Below, piece by piece: positions 14,801 through 27,519 of a stretch of 64,000 bases of DNA. Each line of letters opens with the position of its first letter. Positions within the stretch are counted from its first letter, which is position 1. The translations under genes and the position numbers were made by a program. The notes under the pieces are model-generated. The model was not told the origin of the DNA. It saw only the letters and a list, made by a program, of their open reading frames with translations, and ran no database searches. Source of the stretch: Psilocybe cubensis (taxonomy: Eukaryota); assembly GCA_017499595.2 (NCBI GenBank), contig CM039004.1, positions 3,286,001 through 3,350,000 on the forward strand, in the 5' to 3' direction.

Positions 14801-16552
14801 GATGAAGAGGATTAGTATCGGAAGTGGGTTGAGAGACAAGTTTGTAGAGTCCAATCCGGATCCGGTCCCCCCTCCGCCTCTTCCTCCTCCTCCAGTACCT
14901 CCTATCCCTGCCACACCTATTGCGATGCCGGCCAAACGCACACTCCATCCCTCGCGATCCATTGACTCGTCGATAAAGAATGCCAGCGGGAAGCTTTCCT
15001 CACCTACGATCTCATCCTCGCCTGCCTCACGTCCAAGTATGAGCACCAGCACCACGCCGACATCTACCAAAAATCCCACCCAGTTCCCACGTCAGAGCAC
15101 GACTACAGCAACGACTGCCACCACACGTTCTTCCTCCCCACTTTCACGACGCAGCTCCGACTTCCATCGCGCTCAATCGACTCGCTCGTCAATGTCGTCT
15201 GTCAGTGCGGGCGACTTCACTTCCGCCCCTCCGCCGCCGCCGCCGCCGTTGCCGTTGCCCATGTCAAAAGCTAGCATTATGCTTGGACAGCACATCCTGA
15301 CACCCAGCGAGCTGCGCCGCACCTCGGCTGACGCCTCGACTATGAACGCTGCATCCGCCGCGGACAAGCCCGGCACGAATACTCCTGCACTGCGTATTAC
15401 GAATATGCCACCACTGACGCTCCGCGAGCCGGTTAGCCCGGCGGATGAGGACTGGATGATTGTGCGTTCGCCTTCTGTGGAGCTGTCGTCGTTGCCTTTG
15501 CCCCCGAGGAGATTCATGAGTGCTACACAGTCGCATACGAAGGCTTCTGCCGCTGCTGCTAAAGTTGCAAGTGTGGTCCCGCCGACATCTGCAACTGGGG
15601 TGCCCGCATCAGCCGCTGCGAGCTGGAGCATGTCCGACAATGATAATGACCGGAATGCAGCGACCAACGAGGACGATGATGATGAGGAGGACAAGCGGAG
15701 CGACCGCGCAGACTCGCCGATCATTCCTTCGTTCAGTACGACGTTTGCTGTGAACTCGTTCCCTTCCCGCCGAGCATCGACGGCGCTGTCGCATATATCA
15801 GGCGGAAAAGACACGCCTTCACCCTCTTCATCACATGCCCCTCACTCTGCTGTGTCATTGCCGTCGAGGAGAACTAGTACTCTGAGCGGCGTTGCGTCTC
15901 CGTCCTCTGGTATGTTTGCTTTTTTTTGTTACTTGATGTTGATGTGATACTTATGCGTATCATCCTGTTGCAGCGGCTATGTCTTCATCTTTCCCGTCTT
16001 CCTCGTCTGCAGTACATCCAACTACAGGTAGTAGCCCAGTTACCACGCCCCCTCCGCGCCCACCACGGAGTGCACAGCGTGGCGCTCCTAGTGCAAGCAG
16101 CCCGATCCCAAGTCCTAGCTCGAGTCCTCCAAAGTCTCAAGGCATGAACTGGAGCGCGTCGTTACCCCCGCTCACATCGGCGGCGTGGTCTTCGTCGGCT
16201 TCGTTACCGCATACACCGCCGAGCAGTGGTGGTGGTAATCGTCCGGCGACCTCTATTCCTGCAGGACGCAAATCCGAATCTCATGCGACTTCATCTACCG
16301 TATTACCTTCCTCAACCACCAACGCCTCCAGCACAACCTCAAACTCGACCTCGACCTCGACCTCAGTCTCAACGAGCAGCAATAGCAATTCGAATGCGAA
16401 AGCGCACCACCGCCGCTCCTCTGGCGGCTTCAGCACGCTGACGATCCGGCCTTCGTTTACACTTGGTGGGAAGCGGCGCTCGAGCTCGATTATTGTGCCT
16501 TCTACTTCGGCTTCGGCTTCGGGTTCAACGTCAACTTCAGCTGCAACTTCGA

Positions 16553-16587
<35 letters not shown>

Positions 16588-16857
16588 ACGGCTGCGGCTA
16601 GATCGAAATCCCCACCTCGGACATCACAGGGTTTGCAGCGTCCCTCGACGTCGGCTAAACAGGTGACGGGGACTGATCGTACTGATGAAAGTGAGAGCAG
16701 TGGCAAGGAACGAGATAGGGAAAAGGAGAAGGACAAGTTTGCGTTGACGGAGCAGGAAAAGGCGGAGCGGTGGGCTGATCTTTTGGAAAGGAGCGATCGG
16801 GCGGGCGGGACACTGCATATTGAGCTTGGAGTTGGGTTGAGCGAGGGTTCGTTTTAA
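8810..16857 (+). CDS. Very large, intrinsically disordered Ser/Pro/His/Gln-rich protein (one gene of roughly 2,500 aa, or two adjacent genes)
   Basis: Same-strand ORFs of 904, 1434 and 292 aa. Plausible introns start at about 11382 (GTGAGT), 11964 (GTACGT) and 15910 (GTATGT). There is a coiled-coil stretch near 13270-13500 and an ordered-looking C-terminal motif (EKAERWADLLERSDRAGGTLHI). Confidence 0.7.
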
Positions 16858-17084
16858 TGTTTTTAGTGACGTGTGCGATGTGCGAATGTGGAGAGGAGGG
16901 GAGGGGAGGGATAATGACACACACTCTTTCTTTTTTTCGTTTTTTCGTTTTTTCCAATTTTCATGACACGCCTATTGTTTGTTATCAATAATGTTGACAT
17001 CGCTATCTTATCGGTTTTCTCAAGGTTCTAAACTTTCTATTCTAACATCGTTTGCTTAACGTTTAAATTTTAACGATCCCATTC

Positions 17085-17545
17085 CGTTCATTTGATTTGA
17101 TTTGATTTGATTTGTAGTTGGTTTATTATGGTCTCTTTTTTTACTACCCATTCTCCCTTTCATCTTTTTCTCGTCGTCGTTCTGTCGCATACACTTCACT
17201 TCACGCTCGTTTTATTTTCAGGATTGATACCCCTTTTACGCACATACACACCTACACACACATCACACCTACTACACACATATACACCATACACATAAGT
17301 ACGGTATTACGAGTATTACAAGTACAAGTATTACAAGTACAAGTACAAGTACAGGCACAAGTACAGGCACACACAAGTACAGGCACACACAAGTACAGTA
17401 AGAATATATTTAGGTAGTACATGGCTTTTTTTTTATTTTTCTATTTTTTTCGTTCGTTCGTTCGTTCGTTCGTTTCGGTGGTTGGTTTTGGAGGTTGGTT
17501 TTGGAGGTTTTGGAGGTTGGTTCGTTGGTTTTGGTGGTTGGTTAA
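17085..17545. repeat. Cluster of simple repeats: (ATTTG)n, (CAAGTA)n, (TTCG)n, GGTT-rich
   Basis: Directly visible downstream of the large gene. Confidence 0.85.
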
Positions 17546-18806
17546 TTTTCTGATGATATACCTGCATATTTTTTTTATATCTATATCCAAATTCAATTTT
17601 CATTTTCATTTTCTACATGGTGTCTACTGACCAGGTAATGACAGGTATTAATGACAGTTGACAGACAGACGCCGATGTCGATGTCGAGGAAGCTTCTTTT
17701 TTCTTGCTTATGCTTGCGTTGTATAGTGGTCCAGTGGTACAGTGGATTGTGAATTAGGAGAGGTGCGGTGCGGTTCGATTGATTGATTGTGATATATTGG
17801 TCTCACTCGGTACTTACTCTATGTTAATTGAAACTTGAAACCTTGAAACGTGAAAGTTGAAAGGGGGGGCCGTCCCGCATAGCACTGTACCGAGATATGA
17901 TAACTGTATTGATAATGTAATAGTGATAGTGAATACCAATGGTGTGTGTGTTGGCGATTGAATATTGAATACGTTGGATTGGCTACTAGGTTCAAATTGG
18001 GATCATGGATGTGGTATGCGTGATGGGAGGAGCTTGTGTCGGATAGTATGCAGCCGGCTGGTACATGCCTTCCATGGGATAGGCTTGGGCTTTCAGCGAT
18101 TGCTTTTCTTCGTCCCGATGTGTGCTGGATAGTAAGGTTGAGATACATGTTTTCATGGCATTACTCAGTAACGATAGTTGGCCATTCAGATGATGGATCG
18201 GTCCAGGTGATCAGGGAACCCAGGATGACGCTGGAGGAGCTTGACGGATGGGCATTATCTGGTTCAGTGCGGCAGCGATATCTTCGGCAAATCGCTCGTT
18301 GCGATGCTAAGGAAAAGGATTAGGTTGCATATGGGTGCTTAAAATATACGGTCAGAGCCTTTTGACGCCCGGTGTAAGCGCATAAGGCAGACTGATCCGA
18401 GTCGGGATCCGTGCATTGCCAATCCATGCTTCACATATTTTTATATGTTACTTGACACTTCTATCACATCAATGTAAGCTCACTTTTCAGTGCAGTACTA
18501 TACTACCTCAAAAGGCGTTAGAATACCAGTGAGATCCCTAATTGCTCATTTCTAACATCGACGGCGTCGGCGACAGAATCCATGTGGGTTTTGCCGAATT
18601 TTAAATTGCACTTTGGCGCCCCGGCGAAAGACTCGGGCCTGTCCGCCATCATTTGGTCTTCCCGATGGGCCCTTGACTAAAATAAACTTGAACAAGATTT
18701 CTTGGCATGCTGTGACTAGTACAACGATTTGTATTCATAGGGTTTCTAGTTGAGAAACGTAACAGTGGAGGGATCGCTGCCTCCTTGACTTTCAACCACC
18801 ACCACG

Positions 18807-20526
18807 ATGGCAGAGTACACCTTGCTGTCTTCGACGTCGCCCGGGACCTGGCGAGCAAATTCGGGCAACGCGTCGAAGTATCGAATCTTAGGCGCAATTG
18901 TCGCTCTCATCATCCTCCTATTCACCATCCGCCAGTTCCAATCGCACGACGCGGGCCAATATACTCTGTCCAATAATCAGCTTTCCGAGGAGGTTGTGCT
19001 TGATTCCCCTCAGATACGAAAAAATGTTGCTGTGGCATCGACGTTTGGATTCCATTTCGACGTGTATATGGCCGTAGTGTGGACACTGCAGCGTGTGATG
19101 AGGGAGGGAAAGGTACAAGTGTATACACCTGGACCATTCTACTTTGACTTTCAAAGGATAGTGGAAACGTACAACCTGTACAATGGGACGTACAAATCTT
19201 CCGATACATTAATGGAGGATGTGACAAGTGTTGAAGGGGATGGAAGTATCGACTTGATAATTCTTGGGACTTGTGAAATCGAGTGAGTTGAATGGATATT
19301 TGTCTTCTTGTTCTTTGTTCACATGGATTGAAAGTATGAAGCATTGGAGTGAAAAGCTACTGGCAGCATGGGATGCTCGTGACACGGCTCACAAATTTCA
19401 GATCGTGTGTATCGTTCACAACGTCCAGGATGAAGCCTGGCAGCCAACAATTCAAGAATGGTCACGTAGGAATGCCATTAGGCTGATCCCAATTTCACAA
19501 CAGTATGTGTCGTATTGTCTTTCGTCGTCCGGTTCTCAATGTAATATTTTTATGCCAGCGTCGGTAACACTTTCTTGAGAAAATTTGAAGACCTTGCTAG
19601 GAGCACTGATGTTGCTATCAAATCTGCTGGTTACGAATATATCCCAGTTGATGCTCACATCCCAATACTGGACCTCCAAGGTCTTCCAGAGAGGACCTCG
19701 ATTAATCGTCCTTTTTCGAACGCTGTAATTCAAGGGTCCTTCTCTGCTGATCGTCGGGATTACACTCGAATTTTCGCTGATCTCAATCATTCTCTTCATG
19801 GTATGCCGAAAGTTCTTTTATCACAGAATCTAACCTCACTTACCACCCTCTAGTCGAACCCGAATCATGGGGATATCTACCACTGGGTGATGGACCATCG
19901 TTCGTCCAAGACACCAGCATCGATCAAATCCCATTCAAACTACATCTCGTTGGAAGCGGGTGGATTGACGTTCCCATTGAACTCAAGCAGCTCGTTGTGT
20001 TCCACACAAATCTCAACTATACCGAGTATTACCAGCTCATGAGCGGGATGGATACATGTATACCTGCATTCCTCGCAGCTGACGATACGAACTTCAAATA
20101 CCAGGCGAGTTCGAGTATTGTAATGTGCCTGGAAACCAACGTATGTTTACTTACTGTTGGCTTTGTTGTCCCAATTGCTAAAATCCTTGTTCTGTTATTT
20201 TTAAGGTTCCGATTCTGGCAGTACGTGAGCTACGGGAATCGTACGTTCACATTGATGACGACAAAGTCACAATCAATCGACCGGCTGTGATGAGCGAGTT
20301 CCAAGCCATCAAGGTGCTTCGGACGGGAGATGCATCAGACTTTCTCGACAGCGATCCGTCATCGTCAGGTGTCACTCTAGGATCTCATTCACGGATTCGT
20401 CAAGCCGTGCAAGAATTTGTGCGTGAGGGGTGGGTACGTACGAAAGAAGATTTTGATTCGCGTAAGAAACTTATATTAAAAGAAAATGAGAGAATCGTCT
20501 TGAAGATTCTACAAGATCGGGTGTAG
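18807..20526 (+). CDS. Type II membrane, glycosyltransferase-like protein, copy 2 (inverted paralog of 1620-3341)
   Basis: Same exon/intron layout and near-identical translation, from MAEYTLLSSTSPGTWRAN to ENERIVLKILQDRV*. Confidence 0.7.
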
Positions 20527-20549
20527 TGTATTCTTATACTGTTTATAGC

Positions 20550-21112
20550 AGCAATTCCATCAGATACCCCGCAATTTCTTTCTGTCTACAACTATATCTC
20601 GACCAAACTTTTCAATATCTTTTGTAAACCACCGATCGTTGCATTATCATCGTCCTCCTCACGAGTAATCTTGGAATAGAAGATCACTTGACACTCAGAT
20701 CTTTTCCACCCACTATCCAGATGCCTTCAATGAAAGGCGACATTTGTACTCAGTGTCATTCATCTTGGGCAGTCCACAGCCCATGGAAAGAATTGACCAA
20801 TAAAATAGGAAGGTCGTTAAAGATTGGAATGACCGGGCTCCTCCTCCAACTCGAGCAAACTTGAGAAAGATGAAGGAGCGTGGCAACAGCTGGAGACATC
20901 TTATTTCTGATATCACGATGTCTACAATCGCAATATACAAACCTTTCCTCGTCCATGTTGGCGTTGATCGTTAGTATGTACCAAAAGAGGGACTGATCTA
21001 ACCCATGGAATGGGGGTCCTGGCGACGTCGAGACAGGCATACGACTTGTAGACGGGGAGTTGATTCTTGTTTCAGACTGCAGGGGAAGGGAGGTAAGAGA
21101 AGGGAGATCCAT
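20550..21112 (-). pseudogene. Truncated/frameshifted F-box-like gene remnant
   Basis: F-box-like segment 'GLDQSLFWYIL...LLHLSQVCSSWRR' followed by an early stop. Far too little space remains for a full-length family member. Confidence 0.45.
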
Positions 21113-21312
21113 GAGATGTACCGCCTTTTATCGGCGAATGATTGAAAAAAAAAGGTTGGAGTTTGTCAACCAACCGTGGAGGACTCCTTAGTTCGACTTT
21201 TTCGGCATTATCCAGGTGTAAGCAACTCAAAACAAGACAGAAACAAAGGGGTAATGCTATTCGTGCTTCAAACAACTGCAATAAACATCCGAAAAGATGT
21301 ATGTAGTGCATT

Positions 21313-22712
21313 CTAAATCTGTTGAATAGTTTTGAAAATGCGTGATTGATCAACAATTTTAATGTGACGTACTTCTTCGCTCACGGAAACGCGGACCTGA
21401 AGTATATCTTCTCTTTTGGACAACAAGGTTTCGGTGACGAGAAAGTCGCGACATTGCCGTTCAAAGTTGTTGGCATCGAACTCCGTGATATAGCGTGGTC
21501 CCACACACATCTCGAAAGCGACGACAAGGGACATAAGACTATCAAAAGAGTCCAGGACAAGATGGTTCGCTAGCAATGGTACACTGTTGTTAGTGAGAAT
21601 CTGCTGTGCACTCCGCATATGTCTGTCGTATCTGTATACCCTGGATATCTGAATTTGTTCAAGAGATTGGGGAATGTGATCGCCAAGTAAGTGGATTATG
21701 ACGGAAAGAGCTGTGAACATGCTGCTGGAAATTGAGATTTCCTTCAGTACACTATGTTCTTGATACTGGATTGGTGCCCACTGATTAAAGCTATCGTCTG
21801 CTCTCTTTTGCTCAAAATACGTCCAATATTGAAGTAAACCTACTCACTGGGTCCCATGTAGTGAAGCAAAATCCCCAGGTGCTGAATGTGAGGTGCGTTG
21901 CCAAGAATGTCATTCAAGGTGTCCATATCCTCAGCGTGGTTGACTTGTAGCGATGCATTTGTAAGGCTCCTGAACGACTGTGGTGGTGGTGAAAACGAGC
22001 TATTGAAGCACAGCTGAACTAGATCTTGAAACGATATAAAGTGATCAATAGAAAGCGACTGCAGATTTATTGGCGCGGATTTGCCTGAAACAGAAGACTG
22101 CAGAGAGACGCCTCGAAAATTGAGGTGCTTGACTTTAGATCCTTGGAGAAAAGATGATGGTACACCCTTTATTTGGCGCAGATGCAGTTCGTCTAAATCG
22201 GAGAGGCATAATAAGTTGGCAAATTCTCCACGAAATCCATCGTGCAGCATACTCCAATGAATTCGCACATCGCTTGAGTAGCCCCACTCAAATGGGTGCA
22301 GGGATAGCATAAGTGACCGGGGTTTATTCACTGAAGTGTATAGAGGTGAAGGGCGAAAGATATTGGCGAAGATAAATGGGATGGATTGGCTGTCAAGTAC
22401 CCTTTGAAGGGCAGTAGCGTATCCTGTTACTTTCAGTTGGAATGAGGTTACGAAGTCACCAACTCCCGGTAGCGTTGGTATTGAGTGGCCAGTTCGTATC
22501 ACATCTGCGAGACTATCCAGCCGGCGAATGGTCCCATCACAATCATGGCCAACGTGTCCTTTGTAAGGAAGAAGTGTCGAAAATCTGGCCTCGTTGGCGT
22601 AAATTCGAAAGCCTCGTGAAGTCAGTGCAAGTGAAGAAAGGGAAGAAAGAGGTAAAACTTTGAGACCTTCCTCCAATATGCCGTCAAGAATCTCGAATGG
22701 GAGTTGGGGCAT
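21313..22712 (-). CDS. F-box-like/LRR-like hypothetical protein; 2 exons
   Basis: N-terminus LPFEILDGIL...LSSLALTSRGFR..ANEARFS. ORFs 21840-22712 and 21313-21720 are linked by a short intron. The motif pattern matches the genes at 40939 and 58125. Confidence 0.7.
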
Positions 22713-23247
22713 CCTTGACGGCTTCCGGTATCGACAGCAGCGATGCTGGTGACTATTTCATGCTTTTGAGAAGAGTATAATGAACGATATGGTTAGTGTG
22801 ATATCAAACGCGGAGATCGGGGAATAGTGCGTCACCTCTGACCGGACACAACGAAACTCTTATCGCACGAGTTTCCGAGCCTCGGGTCATACCTGCCCGA
22901 GGTGACGCTATTAATGTAGAAGCTTGGATATTGAATATTGAGTGCTTGAAGGAGTGAAATGTTTGCTACTTGCATTTCGAGGCAAAGTATCGCGATTCGC
23001 CATGCCCCTGAGCGGTCGCCTCCGAGGTCACGCGGACACAAGCCAAACCGTGTGAAATGGTTACGTTTTCCCGCCGTTCTTCACCCGGAGTGCGCCATAC
23101 CAGAGCTCGTCTCGACGTGCTGGAAGGCCAAAACATCATCATTTCTACTGACTTCTGATATTCCCTGGATACCCTCTGTTGTTCGCTTCGAGGTCGGACA
23201 CATTTTAGACCGCCGAAGCGACTCGTCTATTTCGGAGTTTACGCGAT

Positions 23248-24714
23248 ATGTCTGAAGTCGTGGCTTCTGACTCAGAGGACAAAGTCAAAGTCATTAAATC
23301 GGAAGTCAAGGAAGCAAAACGCCGCGCTGAGATGAGTTGTGGACGAATGGATTGCATGCAGTTCGATAACGAAAAAAATCCGACATTCAAACGCTGCGGC
23401 AAGGTATTCTGCAACCTTTATTCACCTACGCCATGTCTCACATCCCTGAGTTCGCCAGTGTGTCGTGAAATATTGCTCTAGACATGTGAGTAGCAATTTC
23501 ATGGAAAGTCAAGCGACATACTCACAGGAAAAATCATTCTTCAGTGCCAAAAGATGGATTGGTGAGTCTCTTTGTCTTTTATTAATGGCTTCATTCACAT
23601 TATCTGTAGGCCTAGACACAAAGAAAATTACACTACTTTGCCTGAGGAGGGCCGAAGGTTTGCGACGATAGTCAAATACTTGGCATCGAATCCTTACCTC
23701 GCGATGAATTTTCAAATAATGACAGTCTTCCTGTTCAAACTGCACCTCATGAACGAGTCCGAATTGATAAATTTTCAAGATAAACCATTCGCAGTAGGGA
23801 TATTCCTTCAGCAAGAACCTGCCAATATTGTAGACTTCTTCCGTCTTTATCGACGTGCGTCTATCTATGATACGAAAGGTCCTATTCTTGGAATGCCAAA
23901 AATTGCCAATGTGGTCGTGGAAAAAGACTTTTCTGTCCGAGACACACTGATATGGAGGGACGAACTCGAAGAAGCTAAGTCAAGTACGTCGTGGATTATT
24001 ATTACACCCCCGATAAAATGCCCACTTTCCCCGCTAGAAGGCGATCTGCCCATTCACAATTCAGATAAGCCAATTGCAGGCTACCTTCGATTCAAATTTC
24101 GTATGCCAACTGTTGGTCACTGTTTTCGGATGGGGATTGTGTCGCAATGCATCACAATTTCGGGTACGGCTATAAGACGTGCGAAGGAGATGGTACCGCT
24201 CATCATTGAGACTCACATAAATCGAATTACATTCGAGACTATTCGCAACCTTTCTTTTGATACATTAATTGAGTAAGTGTATCTCTATTCTTCGTCTTCA
24301 ATTTATTAATTCCTTCCCAGAAAAATCAATTCAGATATCCGTCGCGACTCACTGGACCTGTTGCGCTTGCGCACGGAACTCCAAGAGTATGAGAGGGGCG
24401 TCCTCGCCCTGGGTGCACCACCGTACGATGATTCTTGGCTCAACGTTGTGTTCACTAGAGTCACCCGCGAAAAGATTCGTCGAGAAGTGGTATATAGCAT
24501 TGGAGCTCATTACTGCGGTCGCGAAATTGAAGGCATATCCAAAATGACCTATCAAGACTGGAAAACCGGCGTGGTAGGAGGTTTGGAGATGTTGGACTTG
24601 TGGAAGGCTCAGGTCTCAGAAATGCAATTAACTCCCGACACCGACAGGCATATATCGAAGAAGAAGAAGAAGAAGAAGAAGAAGAGACAAAAACCATTAC
24701 AGGGTTCTTCGTAA
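23248..24714 (+). CDS. MYND-type zinc finger protein; multi-exon
   Basis: Spliced CGRMDC...FKRCGK/CRE..CSR/..CQKMDW/PRHK pattern across short exons. It is followed by ORFs 23572-24276 and 24361-24714. The poly-Lys tail comes from (AAG)n at about 24658-24684. Confidence 0.65.
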
Positions 24715-24916
24715 TGTTCCTGATCGTTCTGTATCCCTGCCAATCGACACATTACTTATCTGATTTACTGCGTTTACCCTTAGTTTCTTACTTATTCAAA
24801 GTTTCAATGAGAAAATAAGGAAATGACGTTCGTGAAAGGATGATATATATAAATAAGATAGACGAAGGTAAGTATAATCCATCCTATGACAAGACGATGC
24901 AGTAAATAATGTAGCC

Positions 24917-25651
24917 TTATTTGGCTTTGCAGAATTTGCTGCAGTCGACGGCCTACAATGCGAATTAGGTTGGCAAACAGGACACTTAAACACCGGGTAC
25001 AACATACCTCTCACTGCGGGCGATGACTGCTGTAAGTTGAACAAACAGCCATTGTTTTACATGTTTTATGTAAGTTCAGCTGTAAGTTCAACATACAGTC
25101 TACTTACACTCAAATAATCGCCTTTTATGGAAATTATTTGAGTGTAAGTCATGATGTATGTCGAACTTACAGCTGAACATACATAAAACATGTAAAACAA
25201 CAGCTGTTTGTTTAACTTACAGTAGTCGTCGCCGGCAGTGTCTTGTACTGTGTCCCATTCAGATCCACAGTAAGGACACTTATATTTATCCTTCGACACA
25301 ATGTTTCCTCCAACTCCCTTGACCTTGCGTGAGACCTTGGATGGTTTGAGGCCGGGGGGCTTGGGGCCTCGACGTTGAAGTCTGTTCTCGAGTTCTTCAA
25401 CGAGTTCGCGTGTGTCGAGTTCCGCGAGCAAAGAGGAACGCGCGTGATAGTCCAGAACTAGATCGCGTGCGGCGAGTTCGTCGATGTAATCACGAGCTTC
25501 ATATTCATTATAGTCCTGCATAGAAATAAGCGGTAAGAAAAATTGACAAGTACAATATACCATGCAAAATTTAACATACAACATGCGCCTGAACCATCAA
25601 GGCAAGACCGGCGAAGAAAGAAAAATACGATAGGACGGAAGTAATCTTCAT
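24917..25651 (-). CDS. Small secreted prepro-peptide (signal, acidic pro-region, Kex2-like RR site, cationic Cys4 peptide), interrupted by a MITE
   Basis: Exon 1 reads MKITSVLSYFSFFAGLALMVQAHV then GTATGT. Exon 2 reads DYNEYEARDYIDELAAR...ELENRLQRR GPKPPGLK...KYKCPYCGSEWDTVQ(E). The last exon reads AVDCSKFCKAK* (TAA at 24917-24919). Confidence 0.8.
25012..25240. mobile_element. 229-bp CACTG...CAGTG MITE (CACTA/EnSpm-like) with 3-bp TSD
   Basis: Long imperfect TIRs (cactgcgggcgatgactgctgtaagtt / aacttacagtagtcgtcgccggcagtg). TCT is duplicated at 25009-25011 and 25241-25243. Confidence 0.9.
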
Positions 25652-27519
25652 GGCGAATAGCTTTCACGTCAATTTAAAGCGGATTTAAAGGTTTGGTTGA
25701 AGGCGATAAGCAAGTAGTTTGTGTGTTGATGGTTTGCTTGAAAAGACTGCACCTTTTATACTCGTTCAGCGTCAGGGTTTATGCCTCAAATGAGCACAGA
25801 CCATCGCATCATGATACACTACAAGCCTTAAGCGCTAAGCCACCACCCAATTGCGCAGGTGTTTCAAGGGCAAGGTCACCTGCTTAGTAACCGCCCTGCT
25901 GGAATGTTGGGGTAAAGTAGACAAATCCACTTTACCGCCCTTGATCATGATTGCCATGATCGAGGTGCGTCGTTGTCGCTCTTGATCTGGACCCCTTCAA
26001 CTTGAACAAATGCTAAATGAATGGGATGATCGTGTCCGGGTTTCCGACCTCGTCAGTTTTTCCTCACTCCATGCACATTGCGTTGCGTCCAAGTAACCTC
26101 AAATACAATCGATGTGTGTTGGCATTTTCTGGTTACAATGCCATGAATCTTCAGTTTCTTGTTCGAATACCAATGAACCTTCAAGTTTCATCGCATCATT
26201 CAACTACCATAAGGTAACCTTGTGGTTACGCACAGTCTTTTACTCTTCATATGGTAGAATTAAGCGAAATGTGGACTTATTAGACTCTACCATCGAAGCT
26301 ACCGCTACCGCTCTACCCCATTGGTTCATTCTGAATGCAATGCTCGGCCGACACGGTTTGTGGTGTAGTACGAATCAATATGGAAAACTAGACGATTTCA
26401 CAACATTTGTCATACAGTGAAGTACAGCTTTTCTCGACTTGACCCTATCCATCTTACGTATACGTCTCAAGCAAGACAACATTATAGGTACGTAACTTTC
26501 GCGCTTAAATACACAATGATTTCTGACCACAAGGCTCTGTTAGGAAACAATCCGGATATCATTTCCCCTGCAGCCCGCTTTCTCTCGATCATTTACGTTT
26601 CAAAATCAAAATAGAGAATTGACGCTGTTGACGGTAAGCCTCTGGTTTTCGAGCCATCACCAATAACGGCCACCGATATGGTCATATTTGTTGCCTGAAA
26701 ACAAATGTACCAGTCTCTCGTTCAGCAAGTTGAACCATCGAAATATATCTTGACGTTAACTATGACACGATTTTCCGTTGAAAATGCGAAGTGTCTGGCT
26801 TGAGATTTCGGTCACTACAAAAATAGCAAGGTTAGAACCTTAGTACGTAAATCGGTGTCAGGTTTCATAATGAACTACTTGGTCGTTAGTGCATACACCC
26901 TGAGTCAAACAACATACTTTGGTGTGGTTGTACTGCGCCCTAGGCATACTTTAGTATCAGATGGTTTTCTTGTAAGTAATGTAGTACTACCCGGATTACA
27001 TGAACATGTATACCAAGTCTAATTCCCTTTCACAAAACCGTTATAATCATTTCTCAAATTTCTTCGTTTCCAACTTATCCCGGCTGCTTCGGCTTTAGAA
27101 TAATTCGTATAAATGTACCGGAAACACCCACAGCAAGACATATACTGTGGTATTATGCTTTGCCATGGATAGGCCAATATAAAATCAGTTTAATGTTCAA
27201 TTTTCTGCAATAATTTTGGCCTTAAATATCTATTGAAATACCTGCTTTAGGGAAGCCATCTTCAGAGAAACAACCCTAGGGTAATACCAACATGTACACT
27301 GTTGGTTTTGATAAAACCACGACTTGACCACTACACGACACGAGATTATATTTACCACGGTCTGTGCTAATTTTATCAGAATCCTGGGCAATAGGCTGTT
27401 CGCACACTCAAAATGTAAGTACTACAACGTAAGAAAAGGCCCGAAACTAGTGAGTACAACTCTATTTCTGAGTGTTCGCATTTTCAACGGAAAATCGTGT
27501 CATAGTAAAGTGAGAATGA

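Noticed and set aside
8925-16957. Many overlapping and antisense ORFs within the large low-complexity gene (likewise 60591-63800)
   Set aside because: Expected shadows of repetitive, stop-poor coding DNA.
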